A DNA stretch of 62,976 nucleotides, the filler included, from Folioceros fuciformis (Eukaryota), in assembly GCA_049999805.1 (NCBI GenBank). It is 8 parts of 8 records of this genome, joined end to end, with 100 filler letters (N's around TTAATTAATTAA, not from the genome) between each part and the next. Parts side by side here need not be neighbours in the genome. Positions count along the whole stretch, not along the records: positions 30,251 to 42,605 come from JBNGIO010001924.1; positions 42,706 to 48,881 come from JBNGIO010001925.1; positions 48,982 to 51,728 come from JBNGIO010001926.1; positions 51,829 to 57,347 come from JBNGIO010001930.1; 4 more parts are not named here. One strand, 5' to 3'. This document shows, in pieces, positions 39,945-52,478 of the stretch; position 1 is the stretch's first letter, and every line of letters begins with the position of its first letter. A program made the translations under genes and the position numbers. A model generated the notes under the pieces. The model searched no databases. It was given only the letters and a program-made list of their open reading frames with translations, and was not told the origin of the DNA.

Positions 39945-40972
39945 TGGGAAGGAAAATTGAACACAGTGGATTTACATGCCGAGACTCTACGTCTGGTGGC
40001 AACGAGTATTTAGATAGGCTCATGACAAGCTGGCAAATGGATCTTGTCGGGTCACCCTGTTCCTTTCTCGTAGTTACGTGAAGAGCCAGATGAGTTAAAA
40101 GGAGAATCAATGTCTTCATTACTGATTGTTTAAGTAGTGAGACAATTCGGATGAGGGATACCCGCCTGCCAACAGCTTTCTGAGTGTCGAGGAATGAGAT
40201 GCAGAGCTATCGATCTTGCCCGAACTGTCAACGCTTCTCTTCAAAGCAGAAGCTTCCAGCACCTGAATGGGCAGCGTTGAAGCCCAAGCTCTCCATGTAT
40301 TCGGGTTTTGTCGTCTCGCATTCTCCGCTATTCATGTGACTTTTGGCGAAGAGTGTTGTGACTGGTTTTCTATGGCAAAAGGCTTTCGAATTCTTGAATT
40401 TGTCGCGGGTGTGGGGTTTGTCAAATTTTTATTTTTTACTTGTATTTTTCCCTTTTTCTCATTTTTCTGTGAAAGTGTAGGTAATGAAAAACTACAATTT
40501 TAAGAATAGATTTTATAATCGTGCAAAGTGACCACACCCTATACAATAGAAGATCCTTAATCAGATAATTTTAGTCTTTAACTTCATAAGCAGATACTTT
40601 AGATCTATTCAAATATTCAAGGACGATAGGTTCTTCTACGTCCTTATTGTGTGTTCTCCATCCGTGATATGGTCTTACTAAATTGTGATTGTATATTTGA
40701 ACACTTCAAACCTATCTCGTATTAATTATAATTTTAAATTTTAAAATATATAATATAGTATATATAATTTGACCTTAAATATTCTATTGATCAATCTCCT
40801 ACATGTTTTAGATCGTCCATATATGTCCTAATTCCTCAAGCGTTGCATATGAAAGACAATGATTTATTTATTTGAGAATTTTCTTTCTTATGATGAGTTT
40901 TTCATTGGAGAACATTTGATCCTTTCAAACATCTCATCTTATTTAAAGAGTAAAAGATTAATCGTTTTGGCC

Positions 40973-41099
40973 GTTCCTCCTATGTTTGGAGCCGATGAGA
41001 ATTTTCATATCTTTTTCAATAATAAAAAATAATCTAGCTCAAGTTGTTCCTCCTATCTTTGGAGCAGATGGGAATTTTCATCTCTTTCTCAATAATAAA
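40973..41099. repeat. Two-copy ~55-bp direct repeat
   Basis: GTTCCTCCTAT.TTTGGAGC.GATG.GAATTTTCAT...CAATAATAAA occurs twice. Confidence 0.75.
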
Positions 41100-41559
41100 T
41101 TTTACCCTAAACCCTCAATTTTACATGTCACTTTATCTTCTCTTGCTTAAGTTCCATCCATGTTTTGATACTATATAACTATGTTGCGATCAACTAACTA
41201 TTTCAAATATAGTTTACATATATATAACTATTCCTATCTAAAACAAACATTATAGTAAAAATAATATGTCTATGCATAAGTATAAACTCTTACCTCTGCT
41301 TCACTTATCACTGGTATGATAGTCATGACAAAGGGTGTTCTAAGATGCCGTGACGAAGCTCATCTCCGAGGCATGTCACAAGATGCAATGTCTCCTAGCT
41401 GTTACTTTCGCGACAACCATGAACTGCCCTCAGCTATCATGGATGTTGTGTCTAGATCTCTTGAACTAGCCATGCGACTCCGAGGGGCGCGTGCAGCTAT
41501 TCCCCTTTGAGGGCAAGACAACCATGGTGGAGATATAAGCACCCAGCATCAAGCCAACT

Positions 41560-42605
41560 CAAGTGTGGGGGAAAATATTGCACCCGAGGGTGCTGCAAGG
41601 TCCATACAAACCCTCTTTGTCGTTATAGCACTGGGATTCGATCCCAAGGGAATGATTTGTGTCAAATAACACAGGTTCTCTCACAAAGTCAGTTACTACC
41701 CAAGGTTAGACTTTACTTACGTGCCACTCGTCTTCCTGCCGTTCAACTACCTCTACCTCTGTCGCGACTCGGCTACCTCCGTCGCGACTCAGCTACCTCG
41801 ACCCTGGGCCACCTGACGGACCTACTCGGCTACCGGGGTGGGTCTCTTCCACTACCAACTTCAGCTACCCTGGAGACACTTCAACTACCTCCACTCTCAG
41901 CTACCTCAGTTGTCTCTCTACAACGGTCGCGGTTTCTGCTACCTCGGCGGGTCCCACTCTCTTTCTCTCTCACTTTCTTTTCTCTCTCTCTCCCCTCTTT
42001 CTAACTTTGGCGGCATACCTTCCTGGATTACCCCGACCTACACGAAGTTCCGGGTTCCACACTGTCCGTGCGCTCACGGTTGCACAGCCTCTTCTCGGAG
42101 CATCACCACTAACTCGCATCACAGCCGGTTTTTCATTAGAGGCTCCATTCACCAACGCACGCTCACCCACAATCGCGATTAGGCACTACTCTCCTCTCCC
42201 GCGTTGCCACTCTTACCCCCGCAAGTCAGCACCCTTACACTTGCACACTTCCACCCACAGCTCGCGGCTCACGACTCACCAGATCCTCTCCGCTGTCACA
42301 CAGTCCCCAGTCAAGTCACCACAACCCCTTTCCTCACTCACATACTTCAGTCAAGATCCTCGGGTCAGGAGTCACATTCCGCTCATGCCTCACCTCCACA
42401 CATTGTTCACACATACACACAGACTCACCTTCGATTCTCAGGCACACCCCCACACCCGCACGGTACCCTCACGGTTACTCAGTCACTTAAGGGCTCGAGC
42501 CCCGATCTCAGCAGGATCCCCCGGTTGGACACTTACTACCGCCAAACACAACAATTTCATCGACTTCTCCGCACATAGTATCCCTTCGCGTGCCCCCCCT
42601 AGACC
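41560..42605. mobile_element. Probable LTR-retrotransposon terminal remnant
   Basis: GGGATTCGATCCCAAGGGAAT motif, internal short repeats (CAGCTACC) and C/A skew; runs into a contig end. No coding motif recognised. Confidence 0.3.
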
Positions 42606-42705
42606 NNNNNNNNNNNNNNNNNNNNNNNNNNNNNNNNNNNNNNNNNNNNTTAATTAATTAANNNNNNNNNNNNNNNNNNNNNNNNNNNNNNNNNNNNNNN
42701 NNNNN
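42606..42705. other. Artificial contig linker
   Basis: N-run with central TTAATTAATTAA. Confidence 0.97.
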
Positions 42706-42776
42706 CGATCCGGCAGATCTGGTTGATGTCCGTCCGTATCTTCTACTTGCCCTAACGGTTTAGGGTGTGGTTGCAG

Positions 42777-43225
42777 AGTCGCGTGCCATTGCCAGGTACG
42801 TTGCGCATAAGCACGCCTTGGAGGGGACCTTGTTGTACGGGGAGAGCGTCAAGGACAAGGCACTCACCGAGCAGTGGCTAGAGGTGGAGTCGCAGAATTA
42901 CAACCCCCTCGTTTCCGCCATCGTGGTCCAGCTAGTGTTCATCAAGTGGCGCGGAGGCCAGACCGACGAGAAGGTCGTGGAGGAGAAATTGGCTCAGCTG
43001 GAGAAGGTGCTGGATATCTACGAGGAGCACCTGTCCAAGAACAAGTACCTTGCCGGCGACTTCTTCAGCCTGGCTGATCTTTCCCACCTGCCCTACACTC
43101 ACTACCTGATCAACATTGCGAACAAGCCCGACCCGATCAAGAGCCGGAAGCACGTGAACGCCTGGTGGGAGGATATCTCTTCCCGCCCGACCTGGAAGAA
43201 GGTTCTGGAGCTGTCCAAGCACTGA
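42777..43225 (+). CDS. GSTF: Phi-class glutathione S-transferase, last exon only (5' exons lost at contig edge)
   Basis: ESRAIARY, EQWLEVESQNY, VLDIYEEHLSKNKYLAGDFFSLADLSHLP and HVNAWWEDISSRPTWKKV; acceptor TTGCAG ends at 42776. Confidence 0.92.
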
Positions 43226-43925
43226 GCTGGTTCGGTTGTGTGTCACGAACCTTGGCTGTTGGCTGTTGCCTGGCATGTATGTAAATATTTCTCGTATGGG
43301 GCATCGCGTCGATAGCCAAATTTTCTCCCTCTCGGAGTCTTGGGCTTAAGTTTTCCTGATAGAGCCCCTAGGTGTGGCTGAGTCTGTTCCGAAATGTGTC
43401 TTATCTTTTAAAGGCGTGGAAACATGTGGATTTGTTCCTTCAAGACTGGAAGTTTGCCCCTCAAACTCCACTTTACCGAAATACCTTTCCATGTGAACTT
43501 CACTACATCTGTAAATACTTACTGTGTGATCTACCATTTGGGTCTGCATATGTGCCTACTCGGCGTCGTTGAACATTGTGAAACGATTCCTGCCTTATCC
43601 GAGTGGTCGTCGAATGACCGGACACCAGTCTGTGGCCCAGCCTCAAGAATGCGCAGTGCTTGCTTCGAAAGAAAGCGGCAGTGTCAAGCTGGCCTGAAGA
43701 TATCGGCGACGGTCAAACCGGTTGCCTCCAATACCACAACGGGACATAGGAATACGCAACCGCTCGTCACATGATACGTACTGTGTTATGGTCTTGTTGA
43801 GCACCTTCGGAAGACTCCCTCCCTGGTTCCTAGCGACCGAGGCATGCTCGGGAGGAACCGAGTCAAGGGAGCCAGTCTTGAGAGTCCGCATCTCTTAGCC
43901 ACCAGGTTGTTCTTGGTCAGTGTCC

Positions 43926-45429
43926 ATGGCCTTGGCTGCCGGCGAGGCCTCTGGAGGAAGCTGCAGTGCAGAAGGTGGAGCTGGCACGGCTGGGTCGGGT
44001 CGTGTGACGCGGGCTTCTGCTGGTGCCGCAGCGGCAGCTGCTGGTTCGCATTGGCAGGCGGAGTATGGGTTCTCTTCTCAACGCTTGAGGAAGCCTGTCT
44101 CGGCTGATTCCCTGGCCAGTGCTGGGAAGATTGCGCACAGGCGCAGTGCGTTGGGGAAGCGGGAGCGTCAGGCGGACGCAGATGAGGATGGGGAAGCGGA
44201 TGAACCTAGCGTCCTGGGACAGTACTGCAGGTTGGATGCCAAATTCTACCAGTGCGATGCTGTGGATCTGGCTCCGCGACTGCTCGGCAAGTACCTCTGC
44301 CGGGACAACGTCGTTTTGCAGGTCACGGAGGTGAGTACCGACTGCCAAGACTGTCTGTGCAGTTGCTGGCTTTTTGCTGACTGATTGTTTCTTTTCTGGC
44401 GTGTCGTGCAGGTAGAGGCATACAGACCGAATGATTCTGCGTGTCATGGCCGGGTAGGGGTCACCCCGAGGACTGCACCAATGGTAGGTCACTGCCAGGG
44501 GAATTTACGGCGCTCTGGATTCTGGCTGCCTGCTAATATGAGGCTCTCCTTTTTCTGCTCCTCCTCTTGCTGTGTCGGTTCTCATGCGATCATGTGTGCA
44601 ACAGTGACTGTCTCACATGGACTTGTGGCCTGGGCAGTTTGGCCCGGGAGGTCATGCTTATGTGTTCCTCTGCTATGGACTTCACGTGATGCTGAATGTC
44701 ACCGCGGATATAGCTGGGGTTGGTGCGGCTGTGCTTATTCGGGCTTGTGCTCCAGTTTCAGGTATGTTGTCGACACTTCTGAAGACCGCTCGTGCCTGCC
44801 TGCAGTAGTAGGTCGAAAGGCCTACTACTAAGCCTTCGTCTTCCGGCAACAAGAGTTGTTTTGAAACTTGCTTATGTGGAGCAGGCTTGAAAACTATTCA
44901 GGAGAGAAGAAAACAACGAAGTGATAAACCAGTGCTCCTCACTGGGCCTGGCAAGGTACGCTGCCTTGGCTCTCTGCAGGCAGATGTAGTTCGTTTGTAG
45001 CACAGTGTGGAGAGTTTCTTGCCGCCCCTTTTAGATAAATGCGTAAGCAAATCCTGTTCTCAGACTAAATGTGGGTCGTGAAGGTGGGACAAGCACTTGG
45101 GCTCACCACCGACTGGTCCAGTCATCCATTCTATGAGTCTGGTACGACGACGGTGGTTGCGTCTTGTTGCCGCTTTCAACCTCTGGGGTGAATGGAACGT
45201 CTGTGAAGCTGAAGGATGGCTCGCATTTCTTGCAGGTGGCCTGCAAATCTACGATGGACCTACCCCCGAGAGCATCCTTGTCGGGCCTCGAGTAGGTATC
45301 GATTATGCAGATAAAAAGGATGTGGCCGCCTTGTGGAGGTTTGCAGTGGGTGGAACTCCATGGGTGAGTGCCCCCAGGAATACTTTGAGACCTGCACACC
45401 TCGAAGATCTTGGCATAAGCAGAGACTAG
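43926..45429 (+). CDS. MAG: DNA-3-methyladenine glycosylase (MPG/AAG family), 6 exons
   Basis: Exons about 43926-44330, 44412-44483, 44638-44761, 44885-44955, 45084-45141, 45236-45429. Motifs LAPRLLGK, TEVEAY, SACHGR, GHAYVFLCYGLH, AAVLIRA, LTGPGKVGQAL and VGPRVGI; start codon uncertain. Confidence 0.9.
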
Positions 45430-45900
45430 GGAAAAAACAGAGCATTCTCTCGAGGTCTACTTTTATCCATTGAGCTCAGCACAAGGAGGATCCCACCTCT
45501 CAGCAACCTGGGTTGCCATCCTAAGCCGGAATCCCGAAAGTCTTCCAGTCTGATTCCACTCAGACTCGTGTACGGGGTGAGACTTGTGTCGTTGCGTGGC
45601 CTGTTAATAGGTAGGCTCACAACTGATCCCCGTCTCCAGCGATGTGAGCGAGACAGTCTGTCCTTCCCTCATGTAGCTGGATATCATGCACGCCAATCAA
45701 TCTCAAGCCTTGTCAGGACTTTCTGCATGCGATATGCAAGCGACTGATAAGGCAGCTTTAGGCAAACTTTTACCTCGTTTTTCGTCGGGTGTACTGTATT
45801 TATTTTTCAGCGTGGACCTCTAGATAAGTAGGTCCAGGCCGGCGGTCACGTGCGTATTGAGAACGTGGTGCGGGTATTTACTGCGTCCGATTCCTTACAC

Positions 45901-48843
45901 ATGGCCTTGCGCCGGGCGGTGGGCCTGGCTGTGCGAGCTGCAGAAGGTCGCACCACCTGGAATGGTTGCCACCAAGCTGCGTCCAGCATTGCGTTTCAGT
46001 ATCGAGGAATTGTTGCTGCCGCCTTCCGATCAGCTCTCCACGGCACTCCAGGTGGCTCCGTCAGGCCGGTGTCGATGTCTCTGCTTGGGCAATTATCCGC
46101 TTGTTCCGGGCCCTCTGCGAGGCGCTGATTTTTCGACTAGGAATCGCCCTTCTGTCAGGCATGGGACACGTCTGAACGCAGGGTTACCCCAGCTACCTAT
46201 GACGAAGCCCCTCGGCTGTGCAGGTCCAATTCGCAGCACGATTCACTTTGGTTTCGCAAGCAATGTCCATGCAGGTCTTTCGTTTCTTCAGGAGATGGTA
46301 AAGCCATCCATACCATCTGCTTTGGGACTCTTACCTTGAGGTTTTTGCGTGATTGAGAGGCCGTGCGGTTGCTGACTTTGCTGATCGAGGATTGGTTTGC
46401 TGTTGCCAGTGCCTCCGCACGAGGAAATCGGGATGCCATCTCTTTCGCCTACCATGACCCAGGTGCCATCCGAGCCTGCATTACTCTTTTTTGTTGGTCG
46501 TGTGGTCTGTTGCTGATTATGTTGCTGTGCACAAATGTGTCAGGGGAACATTGTAAAATGGCGGACCAAAGAGGGCGATAAAGTCGTAGCGGGAGATGTT
46601 CTCTGTGAGATTGAAACGGTAATTTTTAACGTACTTTATTCTGGCATGCAGATGCAGGTATCCAATGTCTGCAGTACTGACGCAATCTTGCTCATGGCTG
46701 TCCTCATGTTTAGGATAAGGCAACCCTGGAGATGGAGGCAATGGACGACGGGTATCTCGCCAAGATCCTTGTGGGAGATGGTGCCAAGGATGTTAAAGTT
46801 GGACAGGTAAAAGCTGAAGGTCATATTGCGACGTGTTTCGCTTGTTAATCTTATCATTGAAGGCATTGAAGGCGCAATTCAAGGAGCTCAGCTCATTGAT
46901 AGTACAACATCGTTTGCATATTCCATTTGCAGCCTATTTGCATAGTGGTGGAGGACCAGGGTGATGTAAGCAAGTTTAGCAGCTATCAAGGGGGAAGTGG
47001 TGGTGGTGGCGGAGGTGGAGGTTTAGCACCTCCCAAGAGTGATTCGTCCAAAGCTCAAACAAGGCCAGAATCACGTCCACCACCTGCATCTCCAGCTCCT
47101 CTCAGCAGATCAGAGGCTCCAAGGCCCTCCACGCCTGCACCATCTCGTGGCAGGTTATTGATAATTCCTGCGGCGCGGAAGCTGGCTGAGGACAATAACG
47201 TGAGCCTCTATCCATGCAGTGTGGTTGAGTTGAGGGTTCAGAGTACAATGCGGAAGCTTAGTTAGAAAATTTTGTGGTTTGTTATTTCCCATACTGCAAG
47301 GTATTCATTGTTGTCATGGTATTTAGTTTAACGTTTGGCAGAGCCATTGAAACCCATCTTATTGTGCAATTGGCTGTCTTCAGGTGTCTCTGGGAAGTAT
47401 CAGAGGTACTGGTCCTGATAGAATCATTGTAAGGGCAGATGTTGAGGATGTTTTAGGTACGACTTCTGGTCTGAGTAATGCAGTGCAAGATTCTCTGCTT
47501 CTTTGTCCTAATGCTTTTGATTTATGTATGCTTAGAATTTGTTGTGTGCCGCTTCAGAGCCTTCTCCTTCCCGTGGAACATCTTCCCAAATGGAAGTCCC
47601 TCCATCAGCCTGGGACTTGGACTTTACAGACCTTCCAAATGCCCAGATCAGAAGGGTGCACACTACTGCTCCTTTTTTGAGGCTCATCTGTAGCTCAAAT
47701 TGCGGTCTGGAGATGAAATGCTTGTGCCAAAACCACAGAGTCAATCGCCTTTGCTTATGTTGCAGGTCATTGCTGAACGCCTTTTGCTTTCAAAACGGAC
47801 TATTCCACATTATTATTTCTCAGTGGATACTCGTGTTGATCGGCTGAATGCGTAAGAGCAGTTTTTAATTTTGTTTTGTCTGGTTTAAGCTGATGTGGAT
47901 CGTGTTAGTATGAACAGTGCTACTGGGCGCGTCAGTAGCAGCAAAACAAGTCACACGTTGGGTTTGCTTTCTAACAGGGTGCGCAACAAATTGAATGTTG
48001 CACTGGAAGCTACTAAGAGAAAGAGGCTTTCAATCAATGATTTTGTCATCAAGGTGCCGCAGTGTTGTGCTCTTAGTGGCCCTGTTTTGCTTCATTCTTG
48101 GCACCTACTTAGTAATTCTTGCTGGCAATGTTCTTTCATGTCTGAATCATTCAATTGCTGGGTTTTCAGGCAGCAGCGTTGGCACTTCGAGAGGTTCCAG
48201 AGTGTAATAGCTCTTGGACAGATGAATACATCCGTCAGTAAGAATTCTTTAAGTTGAAGCATATTCCATGTTACTCTTTACTGCTTCTTGGGATGCTTTC
48301 AAATCGAATCCTTTGTCGGGTATTACAGACTCACGCTGCCCGCTGTTTTTGTCTTCTAACGGTTTCGAACTGTCAACATCAATGTTGCCGTGCAGACCGA
48401 CTTTGGCCTCATGGTTCCTGTGATCAAGGTATGTTTCATCTGGTTTGAGGTTGAACGTGGTAACTCACCCTGTGAATTACCATGATTATTCCTTGTTGTG
48501 TTGCATCTTTACGATTTCTAATGAAGCAGGGTTGTTATCCCAGGATGCTGATAAAAGAGGTTTGCTTTCAATTTCGGAGGATGTCAAGGCTTTGACTGAA
48601 AGGCCAAGAAGAAAGGACTTAAACCGGTTGATTATCAGGCCAGTCTCATTGGAGTCCAGTTCCTTCGAGCTCATTGAAGTGATACTCCTTTGTGGTAGAG
48701 TATCACTTTGAATGCTAACGTGTCCTACACATCGAACCAGGGCGGCACTTTCACTGTTTCAAACTTGGGGGGAACATTCGGGATTAAGAATTTTTGTGCC
48801 ATCATCAACCCACCGCAATCCTGTATTCTTGCTGTTGGATCAG
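45901..48843 (+). CDS. Mitochondrial pyruvate dehydrogenase E2 (dihydrolipoamide acetyltransferase), 3'-truncated and carrying apparent lesions (possible pseudogene)
   Basis: [30 protein letters not shown] (lipoyl Lys), [37 protein letters not shown] and AIINPPQ. Missing AG acceptor at ~48360 and a 1-nt frameshift at ~48600. Confidence 0.85.
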
Positions 48844-48881
48844 GTGAGCAGATCATGCTTCACGTGGATGTTGATCACTTT

Positions 48882-48981
48882 NNNNNNNNNNNNNNNNNNN
48901 NNNNNNNNNNNNNNNNNNNNNNNNNTTAATTAATTAANNNNNNNNNNNNNNNNNNNNNNNNNNNNNNNNNNNNNNNNNNNN
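48882..48981. other. Artificial contig linker
   Basis: N-run with central TTAATTAATTAA. Confidence 0.97.
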
Positions 48982-49442
48982 AAGTTTTTATTTCATATTG
49001 GAAACATAATAAATTTTACATTTTTGAAACAAATGGGTAAGATACCAAACTTAATCTAAATATAATTCATACATAAATTCAGTTTATGATACAATATATT
49101 TAAACTAGAATTCACTAATGGGTACTTCATAAATCCACCATGATACACCTAATTACTTGCCCCAAGAGCATTCTTCCTTTTAGACCCTTAACTAAGTATT
49201 GATCATAGAAGAAGAAAATAAAATTCTATTAGAGTTCACTAATCACAAAAATGGGAGTAGGTACTATATCACAGTTCCTCCTTTCTTGCCTTCTGGACAC
49301 CTCATCTAAGTATTGATTATAGAAGAAGAATTCTATTATAGTCCACTAATGATAAAAAATGGGACACGGTACTTAACAAGTTGTCCCATCATATCCTTCC
49401 CTTTATAAGTAGAGGATTTCAAGGGTTTTACATATATTTAAA

Positions 49443-49492
49443 TTTAGGTTTAGGGTTTTAGGTTTAGGGTTTAGGGTTTAGAGTTTAGGGTT
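49443..49492 (+). repeat. Short degenerate interstitial telomeric array (TTTAGGG)n
   Basis: About 7 units, some variant (TTTAGG, TTTAGAG). Confidence 0.85.
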
Positions 49493-50105
49493 TAATATAC
49501 ATGAATTGTATATAGTATTATTTTTTATTTTGGTTTTGGGAATGGCGTGTTGTGTGGGTTGGCCTAGTTGTGTTCTTGAGGAGAGGAAGCAAATCACAAG
49601 ATTTGAGAAGGAGGGGACAAAATATTTGTGAATTGATTCGGATAGATGGGCAAACATACTGTTAGGTGCACTGTAGTTAGGTGTAGAATGGGAATGGATC
49701 GCGGGAGAGAGATTGAGTTAAAATATGATAGAGGGGGGATGTGGTGCCTCGGCGCCGCGGGCAGCAACCACAGCATTTGTGCAGGGACGCGGCAACCTTG
49801 TGCAGATCTATCCCACCCACCATTGCGTCTGACGGCAAAGTTTATCCGGCACTTTGTCCTGCCTGGAGAGCCAAGGAGCCAACGCCAAAGCCTTGTGCTG
49901 TAGACAGAGACTCTGTAGATGCGGCCTTTGAGGGAAAGCTTAGCAAAAGCAGGCCATGGCCAGGCAGCGGCGACCCGTGAGCCTCATCGCCAGCTCCAGC
50001 GCCTACATACCGCAACCTCGCGCCCCGCTCCAGCATTCGACTCGGACCACGCTCCCGGGGTGACCGAGGATCTGGTCGGTCTTCGCCTCCGCGATCTGGA
50101 TCCGC

Positions 50106-50106
<1 letters not shown>

Positions 50107-50136
<30 letters not shown>
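50107..50136 (+). repeat. (CTG)n microsatellite upstream of the CLC start
   Basis: About 10 CTG units. Confidence 0.9.
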
Positions 50137-50138
<2 letters not shown>

Positions 50139-50301
50139 GGGATTGGGAGTCGGGAGAGGTGTCGCCAGCTGCGAGCCTGGGCTGTGAGCAGTGCGTGGTG
50201 TTATGGAATGCAGGGAATTTGAGATAGGATTGTGTGTAGGCGAGGGGGTTTGAGCTTGGACCTGCGTGGAGTGGCTTGCCGGAGGCAGGGCGCCTGACGA
50301 A

Positions 50302-51728
50302 ATGGCAGGTGACGGAAATGAGGTTGTGGTGGACGTGATCTCCACCACCTCCGTGGTAGGCAATGGCGATTTGCGGGAGCCGCTGTTAGGTGTGAGTGTT
50401 GTGGTGAACTCCAAAGATTTAGAGCCTAGGCCGGTAGCGGTAGCGGGGCCGCGGGGCCACTCGGTGGAGAGCTTGGACTACGAGGTCATCGAGAACAGCC
50501 TCTTCACGTCCGACTGGAGATCCTTGCCGCGAAGCCAGGTTCTGCAGTACTTGGTGGCTAAGTGGGGACTGGCTTTTGTGCTTGGCCTGCTCACTGGTTT
50601 GGTAGGATATGGCTTGAATATGGCCATCGAAAACGTGTCCGGAGTCAAGTTCCTGGTGACTCTGCATTTCATGAACTCGGACCGGTGAGTGAGTGAGTGT
50701 GTGTGTGGATCGTGAAACAACACGAGGCCCTGCGTAGAGTCCTGTGCCTGGTTTTGTCCAAGAGTGCTATGATAGATAGGTGGACAGACGCTATTGCCTG
50801 TCAGTGTGTGTGTCCTCACTCGTTGCTGATTGAAATCCGTATTGTTGCGCGCGCAGAGAATTTCTAGCTTTCTTTATGTACCTGGGATTCAATTTGGTTA
50901 TGGTGTTCCTGGCTGCCACCATGGTGGTGTACTTCGCGCCCGCCGCAGCCGGCTCGGGAATCGCTGAGGTGAAGTCCTACCTGAACGGCATCGATGCGCC
51001 TGACATTTTCTCCGGCCGGACTCTCTTGGTGAAGGTGCGAATTGAAGAACAGTCGTTCATTTCAAGAATCCAGGAAGTCCCTGCTTTCTTGTGTGAGATT
51101 GAATCGTGAAGAATCAAGATTTGAGTTGTTGCGGATGGTCCAGATTTTCGGCGCGGTGTTCTCCAATTCGGCAGGCATGGCGCTGGGGAGGGAAGGCCCG
51201 CTCATGCACATCGGCTCCATCATCGCTTACATGCTGGGGGAAGGCGGATCTGAAAAATACGGCCTCAAGTGGAAGTGGCTTCGCTTCTTCAAGAACGATC
51301 GGGACCGGCGCGACCTTGTGACTTGTGGAATCGCTGCTGGAGTGACGGCAGCCTTCCGAGCCCCAATCGGAGGCGTCATTTTTGCATTGGAGGAAGCAAC
51401 CTCTTGGTATGCACTAATAATGATGGCACCACGTCAGCCACTTTCCGCTCCAACTTGTCCTTGTCGTCTCTCTCTCTCTTCACATTCGGCATTGCGGACG
51501 TGGAAGCAACCGATTGCCAGGCTGTGACAGTGGCTGATTAAATGGCAATGTTGCAGGTGGCGAAACCCGCTACTATGGCGAGCCTTCTTCTCCACCGCCA
51601 CCGTGGCGTTGACGCTCCGCACCTGTATCCGCTGGTGCTCCCACGGTGCGTGCGGCCTCTTCGGCGATGGCGGACTCATCCTGTTCGACATCAGCGAGCT
51701 GGACGACCGGTATGGGCTGCTGGAGCTG
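50302..51728 (+). CDS. CLC: CLC chloride channel/anion-proton exchanger, 5' part (truncated by linker)
   Basis: Exons about 50302-50684, 50857-51034, 51144-51406, 51557-51728. Motifs ESLDYEVIEN, APAAAGSGIAEVKSYLNGID, GREGPLMHIG, FKNDRDRRDLVTCG and FRAPIGGVIFALEE. Confidence 0.93.
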
Positions 51729-51828
51729 NNNNNNNNNNNNNNNNNNNNNNNNNNNNNNNNNNNNNNNNNNNNTTAATTAATTAANNNNNNNNNNNNNNNN
51801 NNNNNNNNNNNNNNNNNNNNNNNNNNNN
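51729..51828. other. Artificial contig linker
   Basis: N-run with central TTAATTAATTAA. Confidence 0.97.
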
Positions 51829-52478
51829 GTATGATTATGGTCCGGTCCCGTTGGTGGCCCAGCCCGGCCCGGCCCGGCCCGGGATACGCAGCCAGCCCCG
51901 TGTGCGGGGTGGCGTAACGTCGCCTTCTGGCCAGAGAGGCGCGCCAGGCCGCGGGCTCCTTCCTGACAGGAAGGAAGGCGGGGCGATGCTGGCGGGGTTC
52001 AGAGAGAGATAGTCTGGGTCCGGGTCCTGGTCCTGGTCCTGGCTGGCGGCCTGGCCACAGCTGGGGCTGCTGGCCAGCCGCTGTGCCCCCGATTTCCCTT
52101 GCCAATGGACTAGTCGTTGCCAATGCTATAAGACCCGCCGCTCCCTGCTCTGTTTGTCATCCAGCGCTCTGCCTTCTCCGCCTGCCACCGCTTCCTCCGC
52201 CTGCCACCGCCTCCTCCGCCTGCCGCCACCTTCTTCTGTTTGCCAATCCTGCCTCCGAGTTGCGTCTCAGCTCCTAGGAACGACTGCTCCTCCTGCCGCT
52301 TGCCTGCTCTGTAACTGAATTACTCCCTCTCTTCTCTTCCGAGCGAGGAGGCGAGCTTTGCGGGTTGGCGCCGCTGCGTTGTGTTGGCTGGTGTGGCATT
52401 GTGTTGGCTGTTGTGGCATTGTGGTGGTCTCTTGTGGGGTGCGTTGGAGTGGAGGGGAGTCGAGTCAAGAAGATTGGA

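Noticed and set aside
46120-46140. Stop codon in the first PDH E2 reading frame
   Set aside because: A phase-compatible donor at ~46052 could remove it, so it is not counted as a definite lesion.
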